From the sequence record OP745617: 64,000 bases of DNA. The stretch is one strand, 5' to 3'. Below are positions 47,902 to 58,219 of this stretch, piece after piece. How positions within the stretch are numbered: position 1 is the first letter of the stretch; every line of letters begins with the position of its first letter. The notes under the pieces are model-generated. The model did not search any database. It worked only from the letters and a program-made list of their open reading frames with translations, and was not told the origin of the DNA. The stretch is from Escherichia phage F13. The position numbers and the translations under genes are program-made.

Positions 47902-48762
47902 TTAAAACTCTTCTGCGTCGGTCGGAGTTTCATTGACAGGGCCAGCGGCACCGCTTGCTTCTTCCTGCTTGCTGCGGTCAATGTTAACGTTGCCGCCAAC
48001 TACGTCGTTGTGGAATGCCTTGGCGACTTCGTACAGACCTTTGTCCTGCACCAGACCTTCCAGCTCAAACTTCAGAACTGACCATGTATTGCCGTCTTTG
48101 GACTGGGATGCAGTGCCCATGCGAACGATGTTCATAAAGGTCGGCGGCGTTTTCAGACCCTGCGGAGTCTGAACTTTCTTCTGCTGCAGAGCTGTCATCA
48201 GCATGCGAGACGGCTTGATCATGGAAGAAGTCAGAGACAGCATTGCGCTACCAAATTCACCAGTTTCTTCGTTCAACAGAATTACGAAGTGGTTACGTGT
48301 ATCTGCGTAGTAAGGCGATTTCTTCTCGTGCACCTTGCCGTTTTCGTCCGGCACAAACACTTTACCGTTGATCTCAACAGCGCGCCCTGCCGCGACTTCT
48401 GCATCAACGTGCTCTTTGGTGAATTCACCTTTAAAGCCTTTATCGTCGGACTCGCGACCGCCCCAAAGGATGAAGGTGCGTTTGAATGCACAAGGGATGA
48501 TCTGCACGCCTTTCTTGCCGTCATACAACTCACCAGTGACGGTGTTGTAAAGCATGCCAGCTTTTGCGCCAGGAACGTGTTTCGGATCATCTTCGTCGAC
48601 CATAGGTGACATCTTCTGCAGGACGACGATAAAAGGAATGGCATACGCATCGGCATCGGCACCTTCAAAACCAGCGCCAAAATCGGTCATGTCGACAAAA
48701 TCGGCCATAGCGGACATCTGGGTGTTTTTCACTGCAACTTCGGTGGTTTCTTTCTTAGACAT
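47902..48762 (-). CDS. single-stranded DNA-binding protein candidate (T7 gp2.5-like)
   Basis: 286 aa; acidic C-terminal tail ending in Phe (TDAEEF); position in the replication module. Confidence 0.35.
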   Translation of the reverse strand: MSKKETTEVAVKNTQMSAMADFVDMTDFGAGFEGADADAYAIPFIVVLQKMSPMVDEDDPKHVPGAKAGMLYNTVTGELYDGKKGVQIIPCAFKRTFILWGGRESDDKGFKGEFTKEHVDAEVAAGRAVEINGKVFVPDENGKVHEKKSPYYADTRNHFVILLNEETGEFGSAMLSLTSSMIKPSRMLMTALQQKKVQTPQGLKTPPTFMNIVRMGTASQSKDGNTWSVLKFELEGLVQDKGLYEVAKAFHNDVVGGNVNIDRSKQEEASGAAGPVNETPTDAEEF

Positions 48763-48821
48763 TTGATATTTTCCTATAGTATCAAGTTTCGTGGCAACCT
48801 GATTTCAAGATAAAGGTTAAA

Positions 48822-49379
48822 TTACTTTTTGCTTTTAGGCAAGGTTATTTTAGCTTCTTTGTATTCAAAAACGCTAATATCTTCACTAACTGGATTGCCT
48901 GCTTCCAGCTGTTCTTTTACAAATGACTTCAGTGTAGCAGAATGAACGCCTTGTTTCAATGTGGCTTCAACGCCATCTTCACGCAGCGCGGCAACAATCT
49001 CTTGCGCCTGTTCGATTTCTTCGCGACCGAACTCAGCCGTGACGCTGGACTTGATCAAGCCGCCGTAACCGTTGTTGACAAGCCAATCGAAAACTTTTAA
49101 TTCGTTTTCTTTCTTGATTGAAGCATTCACCTTGGACTCGACCTTGATTTTGGTCTTGTCCTCAAGCTTGATTTCAGACACACCAAGCTCATCCATTACG
49201 CCAGGAAGCAAAACAGTTTTGATTTCACTGATGCGCTGCTTTTGCATATCAGCTTCATCTTCAAGCTCTGTCAAAGCTTCTTGACGTTCTGCAAGTTCAG
49301 ATACTAAGCGCGCAAGGCGCTCTTGAATGCTCTCAGGAGCGACCTGCGGCAAATCATCTTCCCAATTAATATTGCTCAT
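48822..49379 (-). CDS. hypothetical protein (185 aa), coiled-coil N-terminus
   Basis: ORF in the replication or recombination neighbourhood. Confidence 0.4.
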   Translation of the reverse strand: MSNINWEDDLPQVAPESIQERLARLVSELAERQEALTELEDEADMQKQRISEIKTVLLPGVMDELGVSEIKLEDKTKIKVESKVNASIKKENELKVFDWLVNNGYGGLIKSSVTAEFGREEIEQAQEIVAALREDGVEATLKQGVHSATLKSFVKEQLEAGNPVSEDISVFEYKEAKITLPKSKK

Positions 49380-49639
49380 ATTTTACCTTCTTGCATTAGC
49401 CCTTCAACACGGGTCATTTGATAACGTTCAGGTTTCCAAGCCGCCAAAGCCTTCTCAGCGCCTTTTAAGGTTTTATATGCCTTGATGCCAGGCACAATAA
49501 CGGTATTCACCCCAGCGCCGTTGCCATAATCAAACTCTTTAACAACGCGGAACATCCCGTCAATTTCTTTGACCAAAAGACGTTTGAAAGCGATTGCGCC
49601 AGTAGCTTCATTTTTGTAACGTTCAAGGATGCGTACCAT
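49376..49639 (-). CDS. hypothetical protein (87 aa)
   Basis: ORF with overlapping stop/start. Confidence 0.4.
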   Translation of the reverse strand: MVRILERYKNEATGAIAFKRLLVKEIDGMFRVVKEFDYGNGAGVNTVIVPGIKAYKTLKGAEKALAAWKPERYQMTRVEGLMQEGKI

Positions 49640-49713
49640 TTTGTGTTCCTCTGTTTCGTTTCGATGAAGTAATTATGACTCATCTTCCATGACAAGTCAA
49701 ATTATTTTTGATA

Positions 49714-51237
49714 TTAATTCATCTTTTTGCCGTCGAGGATGTGATCAGCAAGCATAGATTTCATGCTCAGTGAACGCTGAATTTCTTCATCGATGGTATC
49801 AACACCAATAAAATCAACATACAACACACTTGATTTGGTGCCGATGCGGTGATTTCGGTCTTCGGATTGCTTGCGCAGCTCGTTGTCATAGTTGCAAGAA
49901 TAATAGATTGCCAAGTCGGCGGCGGTAAGCGTGATTCCGATGCCTGCCGCTGCAGCGTGGCAAACCAAAACTTGTGTTCCACCGTTCTCGACTGTGTTTT
50001 TCTGGAAGTCATCAATCAAGAACTCTCGCTGCTCTTTCGACGTTTCACCGTTGTATACACCAGTGACCACGCCTTCAGACTCAAGCCAATCCTTAATCTG
50101 GTTCATCTCTTCCTTAAAGATGGCCCACACAATGAATTTGCGCTCTGGGTCGTCTTCCAGCACCCCTTCCACATAGTCCTTAAAGGCCGTGAATCGTGGG
50201 TTGTCTTCCATGTAGACCATCTCATCATACACCTTAACAAAGCCTGATGTCACCTGCTTCATCTTGGTGCGAGATGCGATCATCTCAAACTTAACGTTTT
50301 CTTCTTCGCCTTTGTACTCCATCAGATAGTTGTACTCATTCTTGAGTTCATCATATACATCGCGCTGCTTAGGCGACAACTCGAAGTCGATAAACTTGTA
50401 CACCTTCTCTGGAAGGTCCGGCAAGTATTCCGCTTTTGTCGCGCGGAAATAGTGCGGTTCCATCAGCCGGATAAGCTTGTCAAGGTTCTTGTACATCGGT
50501 CGGCCAAACTGGTCTTTGCGAGGCACTTGCGGAATGCCATAACCGTTGCCGCCGATTTTCTTGAGAATGGCCTGCATCTCTGGGTCGTGCGCTTCAAGCA
50601 GGACTGTAAATTCAGAGTTGAATGCACGGAACGATTTGGTGCCAAGCAAGCCAGCTTCAAGGAAGTGATATTGCATGTAAATATCAGCAGGCGAGCGCGG
50701 CAGCGGCGTACCGGAAAGGATTCGACGGGCCTTTGCCAGCCGTCCCAATTCCACAACCTTGATGGAGCGTTTGGCTGTGTTATTTTTGATACGCGTCGAT
50801 TCATCAATGATCATCAAACAGCGGTATTTCTTCAAGACCGACTCAATGTGTTGATAACCGACTGGTGTGTTGACGGTATCAATGTTGAATGAGAAGATGC
50901 GCGCAGGCACTTCGCCTTCAGGGTAGTGATCAGCAAACATCTTCTCCCAAATCGCCTTGCCCTTTTTAGTCTTCATCTTGTCATTGCCGCGCCAGTAATG
51001 CCCAATCCACTTGATGGAAAGGTGTTCTGGTGCTTCACGACGAATCCAGTTTGAGTGCACACCGTTAGGAGCGATGACAACCATGGCATCAAATGCGCCA
51101 GCGGCGAAGTGTTTTTCAAACTCTGCCAAAGCAGTCCAGGTTTTGCCAAGACCCTGCTCCATAAAATAAGCAAAGTATTTTCTGCGGCCTGCTTTATCAA
51201 GCGCCAATAATTGGTGGCGCATTCCTTGTGTTTTCAT
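49714..51237 (-). CDS. SNF2-family helicase
   Basis: 507 aa; GLGKT Walker A, DESTRIKN (DExx box), C-terminal helicase motifs. Confidence 0.8.
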   Translation of the reverse strand: MKTQGMRHQLLALDKAGRRKYFAYFMEQGLGKTWTALAEFEKHFAAGAFDAMVVIAPNGVHSNWIRREAPEHLSIKWIGHYWRGNDKMKTKKGKAIWEKMFADHYPEGEVPARIFSFNIDTVNTPVGYQHIESVLKKYRCLMIIDESTRIKNNTAKRSIKVVELGRLAKARRILSGTPLPRSPADIYMQYHFLEAGLLGTKSFRAFNSEFTVLLEAHDPEMQAILKKIGGNGYGIPQVPRKDQFGRPMYKNLDKLIRLMEPHYFRATKAEYLPDLPEKVYKFIDFELSPKQRDVYDELKNEYNYLMEYKGEEENVKFEMIASRTKMKQVTSGFVKVYDEMVYMEDNPRFTAFKDYVEGVLEDDPERKFIVWAIFKEEMNQIKDWLESEGVVTGVYNGETSKEQREFLIDDFQKNTVENGGTQVLVCHAAAAGIGITLTAADLAIYYSCNYDNELRKQSEDRNHRIGTKSSVLYVDFIGVDTIDEEIQRSLSMKSMLADHILDGKKMN

Positions 51238-51656
51238 GACAATTCCTCTAAATACTTGATGATGTGATGAATAGTTCCCTTCACGATTATCTCACGTTGA
51301 ACGTCTGCAGTATTATAACGCTTTAATTCAATAGAAGGGTGGACTAAATAAAACATCTTCTCAGAATCAACCTTAAGCAGAACAAATGATGGGTATTTCC
51401 AATCATTCCACGAAGAAAGAAAGCTGCATTGGCCTTTCTCAAATGCATTTCTGAAAGGTGCAGTGGTGGCCCTTGCAGGCCACGATTCAAAGAACTTCAT
51501 TTCAAGCCAAAAGCCGCGCCCTTTCCGGTTGGTGCCGATTACGTCCGGCACGCCATCACCAGTCATCGACTCGATTCGTTGAAGCTTCAATACCGATTCT
51601 GAATGCTTCTTCAAAGGCACGAATATGTATTTCTGCTCACGGTTATTTGTTGCCAT
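51234..51656 (-). CDS. VRR-NUC-like nuclease (PD-(D/E)xK)
   Basis: 140 aa; GDGVPDVIG...GFWLEMKF motif; commonly paired with SNF2 helicases in phages. Confidence 0.5.
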   Translation of the reverse strand: MATNNREQKYIFVPLKKHSESVLKLQRIESMTGDGVPDVIGTNRKGRGFWLEMKFFESWPARATTAPFRNAFEKGQCSFLSSWNDWKYPSFVLLKVDSEKMFYLVHPSIELKRYNTADVQREIIVKGTIHHIIKYLEELS

Positions 51657-54540
51657 CTGGATACACCTGTTTGATCACGTCAACGATGAACATGTCAATG
51701 CCTTCAAGCTTACGACCTTTCATCAGGAAGAATGCGCCGTTCCCGACGTTTTCAGCGATGTACTTCCCGTACTTCTGGAATTTCTCTGGACGAATCCTGA
51801 AGCGCATTGGCGAGTCGGTCGAGTCATCCTTGCACATAAGGTCGATGAACTGAGTCTCAAGCTTGTTCCCGTACTGGTCAAACTCTGCGTAGCGGCCATC
51901 AGCTTGAAGACCCTTTTTAAGCTTGCCGTGCTTTGTATAGATGCCGCGCTCAAGTCGTTTACGGATGCGTGTTGCTTCGTTCTCGTCCGCAAGCACTTTC
52001 TTTGTCAACTTGCCGATTACTATTGCGCGCTCGTCATCACCGACTTCCTTCATCTGGCGTATTGAAGCGCCGGACGTCACGCCAATCAGATAAGGGTCAT
52101 TATATGCCCATCCGAACTTTGTGTGCATCTCTGTCAGGTCGCCATATTTAACTTCAGCATTGGCCAATGCATCCTTCTGCTTTTGCGTTAAGGTTCCGGC
52201 TTCACGCGCTTCGATATATTTCATCGCCTTCACCATGCCGTACCCTTTCGCGTTCATGATGCCGCCGATTAGCTTTCCGTTCGCGATGGTCCAGTTCATT
52301 GAAGAGTGATCAGGGTCGATTGGCACATAATCCACGCCTTCCTTCGCAAGTTCACGTAATATCGCAATCGTCTGGTCTTCGTCCTTAGCAGCGCGTAAGC
52401 AGGCTGCGGCAAATTCCAACGGGTAGTGTCGCTTAAGCCACAAGGTCCAGTAGGTCACGACCGCGTATGACACGGAGTGTGACTTGTTAAAGCCCCATGA
52501 CCCGAACGTGGCCATCGCTTGCCAAAGCTTTCTTGCATCCGCTTCCGGTACGCCATTATTTATTGCGCCTGCAACAAAGTCCTCTCCAAGCTTGTTAAAG
52601 TATTCTTCACCCTTACGGCCTGACATTGCCTTACGTACAGCGGATGTTTTCGCCCAGTCGAATGAACCAATCTCTTTAACCACGGCCATGATTTGCTCTT
52701 GGTAAAGAAACACGCCGTAAGTCTCTTTTAGGTACGGCTCAATCTGCGGCACGTCGTACTCAATCGGCGCACGCCCTGCCGCGCGTTCAATGTATTTCTG
52801 GGCCATACCGGATGACAACGGGCCAGGTCGACCCAAAGCCGTCAGGTTGTCGATTTTGTTAAAGTTATCGACGTGCACAAAGTTTGTTACTGAGCGTACA
52901 GCGTCGCCTTCAAACTGGAAGATGCCTGACATCTTGTTTTCGTTAAGAATGTCAAGGACGCTTTGATCATCAAGCTTGATGCCGTAGAGCGTTTCAGCAT
53001 CAATAACGCCTGTATCAGAAATAATTCCGAGAGTACGAAGGCCCAACGCATCAAGCTTCAAAAGGTTAAGGTATTCGCTGTCAGGCTTATCAATTTGTGC
53101 AATCCCTTCTGCAGTTACAGTACAGTAATCAGAGATTGGGTCATTACACACAATGATTCCCGCTGCGTGAACACCTGTGTGGGACGGGTGAATCTCAAGG
53201 TCGCCCATGCAACGCGCGGCATCAGGATATTTGGCCACGAACTCTTGACCCGTGGTTGTTGTTGCAAAGGTATCCTCCAGGCCGTGACCATAACGGGCGT
53301 CACCGGATGAGTATTCAAGCAGTGCGTTTTTAATGTTGGCCGTTTCGTGGTATCCAATGTTGAACTTCTTACCAACCTGCGCCATTACTGAGTTGGCCTT
53401 AAGCGTGTTGATGTTGCCAAGCTTTGCAACGTTCATTTCGCCGTATTTCTCTTTAAGGTAATCAAACACCATGTAGCGTTTGGTATCTTCAAAGTCGATG
53501 TCGATGTCAGGAAGGTCGGCGCGGCTTACGTCGATGAATCGGGCAAACAGCAGCTTATACGGGATTGGGTCCACTTCCGTGATGCCAAGGCAATAGCAAA
53601 CAAGTGAACCAGCCGATGAGCCGCGAGCAGGACCGACGAGCATTTTTGTTTTTGCGAATCGTACAAGGTCCGCTACTACCAGAAAGTATGAGTCGAAATC
53701 TTTCAGCTGAATCTGGTGAATTTCTTCGTTGAAGCGGTCCTCATATTCCTGAGTCCATTCTTTGATGTGACCTGCTTTGAGACGGTACTCCATCCCCTCA
53801 CGCGCAAGCTTTACCATATCACCAGCAAGGTGAATAATCGGTGCCTTGCGTAATTTCAGGTCAAGTCCGACTATGCCGTTTGCTATGTCAACAGCATTGG
53901 CCGTTGCCTGATTCAGCTCATCTTCCGTCAAGATGCCTTTAAGCTGTTTGCGCAAGTCTTCCGCGTCAACGATGCAGTGCGGCTTGACCGTGTCGCGCAC
54001 TTCCCAAGCATAAGCAAAGTCAACGTGCTCAGGTGAAGGCATGTGGTTGTATCCGGTTAAAACCAGCGGCCTTCCGTTGCTGCGGTGAGCCAACACCTGG
54101 CGCTTAGCCAAAAGGAACGATGATGGGTTGACGTCTATATAATCGTAGTCCTCTGGCCGCAGCAACTCCACGGCACCGCCACAGAATTTAACGACGCCAT
54201 CGAGCGCACCGAACTCTGCACGGGTAAGCCCGCCGCGCTGCGTTGAAAGTGTTGTAGCGTTGTAAAAAGATTTTAAGTCAAGGGCCAATATCCAAGCCTT
54301 CGGTTTGAATCCCTTTTTCGGGTCCGCATCAGGGTCGATGATTGGAATCTCCATCCCAAACATAGGCTTAATATCATTTTTCTGGCATTCCTTTTCCCAG
54401 CGAACGTGACCCCATGTATTGTTATCAACTAATGCCGCGACTTCGCAGCCCAACTCTTTGAGCCGTGCTATAATTTCAGGATGCCGTCCATAAACTTCTT
54501 TGAACGTGTAACCGCTGCGAACTCTCAATTGTGGAAACAT
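51643..54540 (-). CDS. DNA polymerase III alpha-like (DnaE-type, PHP domain)
   Basis: 965 aa; N-terminal PHP; catalytic motif GPARGSSAGSLVCYCLGITEVDP...FIDVSRADLPDIDIDF. Confidence 0.9.
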   Translation of the reverse strand: MFPQLRVRSGYTFKEVYGRHPEIIARLKELGCEVAALVDNNTWGHVRWEKECQKNDIKPMFGMEIPIIDPDADPKKGFKPKAWILALDLKSFYNATTLSTQRGGLTRAEFGALDGVVKFCGGAVELLRPEDYDYIDVNPSSFLLAKRQVLAHRSNGRPLVLTGYNHMPSPEHVDFAYAWEVRDTVKPHCIVDAEDLRKQLKGILTEDELNQATANAVDIANGIVGLDLKLRKAPIIHLAGDMVKLAREGMEYRLKAGHIKEWTQEYEDRFNEEIHQIQLKDFDSYFLVVADLVRFAKTKMLVGPARGSSAGSLVCYCLGITEVDPIPYKLLFARFIDVSRADLPDIDIDFEDTKRYMVFDYLKEKYGEMNVAKLGNINTLKANSVMAQVGKKFNIGYHETANIKNALLEYSSGDARYGHGLEDTFATTTTGQEFVAKYPDAARCMGDLEIHPSHTGVHAAGIIVCNDPISDYCTVTAEGIAQIDKPDSEYLNLLKLDALGLRTLGIISDTGVIDAETLYGIKLDDQSVLDILNENKMSGIFQFEGDAVRSVTNFVHVDNFNKIDNLTALGRPGPLSSGMAQKYIERAAGRAPIEYDVPQIEPYLKETYGVFLYQEQIMAVVKEIGSFDWAKTSAVRKAMSGRKGEEYFNKLGEDFVAGAINNGVPEADARKLWQAMATFGSWGFNKSHSVSYAVVTYWTLWLKRHYPLEFAAACLRAAKDEDQTIAILRELAKEGVDYVPIDPDHSSMNWTIANGKLIGGIMNAKGYGMVKAMKYIEAREAGTLTQKQKDALANAEVKYGDLTEMHTKFGWAYNDPYLIGVTSGASIRQMKEVGDDERAIVIGKLTKKVLADENEATRIRKRLERGIYTKHGKLKKGLQADGRYAEFDQYGNKLETQFIDLMCKDDSTDSPMRFRIRPEKFQKYGKYIAENVGNGAFFLMKGRKLEGIDMFIVDVIKQVYPDGNK

Positions 54541-55082
54541 TATTTACTCCAGATGTCATATACGCCAATTTGTTGGCAGACTTTGTGCAGTAATATTACG
54601 TCGTCTAATGCACGGTGCTTCTGTTCATATTTTCCGAAATATAATTCATACAACTCTTGAAGCTTAACTCTTCGGCCAAAAATAGGCAAGGTTTGCTCAA
54701 CTGTACATATGTTTATTTCTGGAAAATTAACATCATCAAGCGTAAGTCCTTCGCGCTGTAGTGCATAATCAAGAATGTTTTTATCGAACGCATGGTTGTG
54801 CGCGATAGTTGCATCAGTCTTCTTGAAGATTTCTTTTAGCTGCGGGACGAAATTGATGAACGGTGGATTGCACTCAAGGTCTTCATTTGTTAATCCGGTA
54901 ATCTTTGTGATGATTTCTTCGATCACAATTTCAGGATTAATTATGAATTCAAAAGTTTCAAGAATCTCTTTGCCGTCTGTCAACAGACCTGCAAATTCAA
55001 TAGGGCGCGGCTGCATCCCAAGCGGCGCTTTCGGGTGCACTGTCAATCCGGTTGTTTCGAAGTCATAAGGGAGAAATAACAC
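54540..55082 (-). CDS. DnaQ-like 3'-5' exonuclease (DEDDh)
   Basis: 180 aa; Exo I YDFETTG, Exo II HNHAFD, Exo III HRALDD. Confidence 0.7.
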   Translation of the reverse strand: MLFLPYDFETTGLTVHPKAPLGMQPRPIEFAGLLTDGKEILETFEFIINPEIVIEEIITKITGLTNEDLECNPPFINFVPQLKEIFKKTDATIAHNHAFDKNILDYALQREGLTLDDVNFPEINICTVEQTLPIFGRRVKLQELYELYFGKYEQKHRALDDVILLHKVCQQIGVYDIWSK

Positions 55083-55136
55083 ATTAGCCTCCTACAAAAA
55101 GGCCGCCCATTAGGACGGCCACAGATTCACGATTCG

Positions 55137-55688
55137 TTATACAGTGTACGGAGTACCGTCTTGATTCAAGCGCACGATAAACTTCAAATCAACGCCGATG
55201 ATTTCACGCGTATCAAAGATCACATAGTTGTAACGACGTTGACCAGCAATGTTCGGGTTGGTATGAGAGTCAGTTACAACTTCCTGTGCAACCTGAATAC
55301 CTTCTTCTTTAAAGAACTTACGCCATTCAGCAAGTTCAGCGGCAGTCACGTGCATGCCAAGGTGGCTGACCTGATTGTCATGCGCATCGATATATTCGAT
55401 GTTTTCGTTAATCCAGTTGCAGCCCATTGTGTAGTCAAGGATTTCAAGCTCAAGAGGCTTACCAGCGCCGCCATCAGTACCGTTGCCAGCCTGATAGTTG
55501 AAGCGCAAGTCAGCTTCATTGGTGCAATCGTCGCGACGACCTTTAAAGTCATCAGCTTCAAATACGCGACCAGTAGCAACAACATGATCATGGAACCATT
55601 CTGTCAGGCCGATTTTAGCCAAGAAATCCTGTGCGCGCTGAGCATCTGGAATTGACAGGGCGATTTGTTCAATTTTAAAATGTGGCAT
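55137..55688 (-). CDS. VOC (glyoxalase/bleomycin-resistance-like) family candidate
   Basis: 183 aa; two beta-alpha-beta-like modules; low-confidence fold guess. Confidence 0.3.
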   Translation of the reverse strand: MPHFKIEQIALSIPDAQRAQDFLAKIGLTEWFHDHVVATGRVFEADDFKGRRDDCTNEADLRFNYQAGNGTDGGAGKPLELEILDYTMGCNWINENIEYIDAHDNQVSHLGMHVTAAELAEWRKFFKEEGIQVAQEVVTDSHTNPNIAGQRRYNYVIFDTREIIGVDLKFIVRLNQDGTPYTV

Positions 55689-55784
55689 TTTGTTTCCTTA
55701 ATTAAATATTATTGATTAATTACTGCGTTGTCTTCGTCCTGTTTCTTTTCAGGAGCGGGTGTGACAACTTCAAGTGTTCGTGAT

Positions 55785-56468
55785 TTATTTACCAAATGGA
55801 ATATCAGTGCCAGACATAAAGCGCCATGCGCCCGTAATTAAGATATGGCGAATGAAGTCAGCAATTACTTGCGGCTCAGTCTCCAATCCATTCATCAGTG
55901 CCTTTTTCTGGTATTCAGCGGCGTATTCAGGAGTCCAGCCGCGAGTCGCGCAAACGGCATCTTCAATCTGTTTAGACATGCCAGTGCCGCGCAACTTGTT
56001 AGGACTAATAGAGAATACCGTGATGCCGTACTTAGGCGTAAGTTCGTGAGCCATCTGCTTGCTGATCATAAGCGCAGCGGCCTTGGATGCATTATAACAC
56101 AAGCTGGACGTCATAGGAATATGCGCAGCATTTGAAACGATGTTGATCACAAAACCTTTGTTTTCGATAAGACCTTTCAGCGCGGCCTGAGTCGTGTTAA
56201 CGAAAGAGAATGCATTGGTGTGCATAACGCGGTTAAACTCTTCATAGTTTACATCTTCAAACCAATTGTTAGAGTTGACACCAGCACAGTTGATCAAGCC
56301 TTCAACATCATATGGGCTTAAAATTTCTTTCATCTGTTTAGCATCGCGGACGTCATATCCGTATGCTGAATCGATGCCAAGCACGTTATGACCGTAAGCG
56401 CCAAGGGTGTCAAAAATAGATTTACCAAGACCGGAATTGGAACCTGTTACAACAATTACTTTTTTCAT
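55785..56468 (-). CDS. short-chain dehydrogenase/reductase (SDR)
   Basis: 227 aa; cofactor motif VTGSNSGLGK (TGxxxGxG) and catalytic YNASK. Confidence 0.75.
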   Translation of the reverse strand: MKKVIVVTGSNSGLGKSIFDTLGAYGHNVLGIDSAYGYDVRDAKQMKEILSPYDVEGLINCAGVNSNNWFEDVNYEEFNRVMHTNAFSFVNTTQAALKGLIENKGFVINIVSNAAHIPMTSSLCYNASKAAALMISKQMAHELTPKYGITVFSISPNKLRGTGMSKQIEDAVCATRGWTPEYAAEYQKKALMNGLETEPQVIADFIRHILITGAWRFMSGTDIPFGK

Positions 56469-56533
56469 TTATTTATCCTTTTTGGACTTCGTTTCGATGA
56501 GGTAAATATAACTCATCGAAACGAACAAGTAAA

Positions 56534-57406
56534 CTATTTATTGAAATTAATATTATGGGTGTTTACAAGACGTTCACACATGGCGCTATAAACACCATCG
56601 TCGTGTATTGAGTCTTCGTGCTTCAGGCCGCTGATTGCGAAGCGTGTAAGCTTGACAATCTTAAGCTCGAACAGATGCCACATGTGGTAGTCTTCCGGCG
56701 TTTTCAACGTTACGCCATTAGGGAAAAGCACCTGCATAACCTGACCTACCATCACAGCGTTATCGCCATAGACAGCGTTGCGCTCACGGAAGGTCGCTGC
56801 CATTGCATCAAGAATATCGGCGGCAGTTGCCGGAGATTGTTCAACTTCCACAGCCTTAGTCTCTTCTTGCCCTGTTGCGCTTGGATCAATTGCTAATTGT
56901 TGCACCACTTCACCTGCTTTGCAAAGATTAAATGTAAAAGCGATTTTATTTTGAGCAACGGAGTTATAATACAATGCTTCATCTTGCATCCGCGCGAGTA
57001 CGTCTTGTCGGTCGTCGAATACATTGATGATTCGATAATCGCCGTGCCGCAAAGCGTGCGATAGCCATGCAGATTTCATAATAGTTGATGGACGTTTGTC
57101 GCCATAGTCTCTCATCTTGATTGTAAATTCATCAAAAGGGAAAACATTGTCCAGACGTTCAAAAGTCACTTGTCTGTATTTTTCTGGCCTTGCAGTCCAA
57201 TATTCAACCGCCTCACCGCGAAGAGATGCCGACTCTACTGCTGATGCAATGTGAGGATAGAACTGATCATAACCAATACCGCTGTGATAGTCATCATAGT
57301 CTGACAACGGACCTGCCACCTTGATGCGGTCTAAGCGCCAACGGTCATCAAACAGAGTTCCGTCAAGGTCGAATACGTTTAAGATTTGGTTATTTTTGAT
57401 ACTCAT
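56534..57406 (-). CDS. HAD-family phosphatase domain fused to a C-terminal domain of unknown function
   Basis: 290 aa; HAD motif I FDLDGTL, WTARP, K, NVFDD; about 120 aa of unassigned C-terminus. Confidence 0.5.
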   Translation of the reverse strand: MSIKNNQILNVFDLDGTLFDDRWRLDRIKVAGPLSDYDDYHSGIGYDQFYPHIASAVESASLRGEAVEYWTARPEKYRQVTFERLDNVFPFDEFTIKMRDYGDKRPSTIMKSAWLSHALRHGDYRIINVFDDRQDVLARMQDEALYYNSVAQNKIAFTFNLCKAGEVVQQLAIDPSATGQEETKAVEVEQSPATAADILDAMAATFRERNAVYGDNAVMVGQVMQVLFPNGVTLKTPEDYHMWHLFELKIVKLTRFAISGLKHEDSIHDDGVYSAMCERLVNTHNINFNK

Positions 57407-58206
57407 CCTTTTGATACTCCATCTTTGGCAACCGGATTATTGGTGATTGGCATCGCATCCCAAAACTGGATGCGCAACTCTTCTTGCTGTGCAGTGGTAT
57501 CCATCCAATCACGATACCAAGGGCAATGGGCCTTGCCATGGCGAGGGAATGCGCACTTGCCCATACCGATGCATTGCGGCTGTAGTAAAGGATTAGCCCA
57601 CGGGTGCACCTTGAGGACTTCCGCTACCATCGCACGGAAAACTTCCTGATACTCGCCTTGAGTACGCGTGCACAAGCGGTTAGAGGCCATTTGTTGTAGA
57701 GTGCGCAAGTTGAACTTTGCCATGATATGCGTTTGCATATTAGAAGGCAACACGGCACGTGCATCTTGAATCTCTGCGCCAGCCGCGCGAAGTTCTTGGT
57801 ATAGGGCGTCAATGGTTGCCATTGCATCATCCCATTTCTCTGCCAGTTCAGCAGCCTTCTCGTCATGACGAGTCCATCCCTTTGGATCATCCTCTGGGTA
57901 AGTGAATTTGGCAGGACGAATCGCATCAAACGCTGACGACTCCTGAGCGCGGCTTGTTCGTTCTTGATATGCACCTGTTCGTGTGCGCACCATCTGATGA
58001 GTCATATTCTTTGATACATCAGTGATGTCAAAGATATAGTCAACAAAGTCGAAAGGTGACTTTATGGTGTCAAGCATGTAGCGCCAGTGCTCTTGCTTCT
58101 CTGATTCTGTCATCTCAGAGACTGGCTTACCAGCCATGCGCGTATTCTTTGTTTCCAGCAGAAGGTCAAGTGCATCTTGGGTGTATCGAATTAATTCAAC
58201 TTTCAT
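57403..58206 (-). CDS. divergent flavin-dependent thymidylate synthase (ThyX)-like protein
   Basis: 267 aa; N-terminus and core align with ThyX (PFDFVDYIFDI...HQMVRTRTGAYQERTSR; ARAVLPSN) but RHR is RTR; Cys-rich C-terminal extension. Confidence 0.55.
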   Translation of the reverse strand: MKVELIRYTQDALDLLLETKNTRMAGKPVSEMTESEKQEHWRYMLDTIKSPFDFVDYIFDITDVSKNMTHQMVRTRTGAYQERTSRAQESSAFDAIRPAKFTYPEDDPKGWTRHDEKAAELAEKWDDAMATIDALYQELRAAGAEIQDARAVLPSNMQTHIMAKFNLRTLQQMASNRLCTRTQGEYQEVFRAMVAEVLKVHPWANPLLQPQCIGMGKCAFPRHGKAHCPWYRDWMDTTAQQEELRIQFWDAMPITNNPVAKDGVSKG

Positions 58207-58219
58207 TTTAATTATCCTA

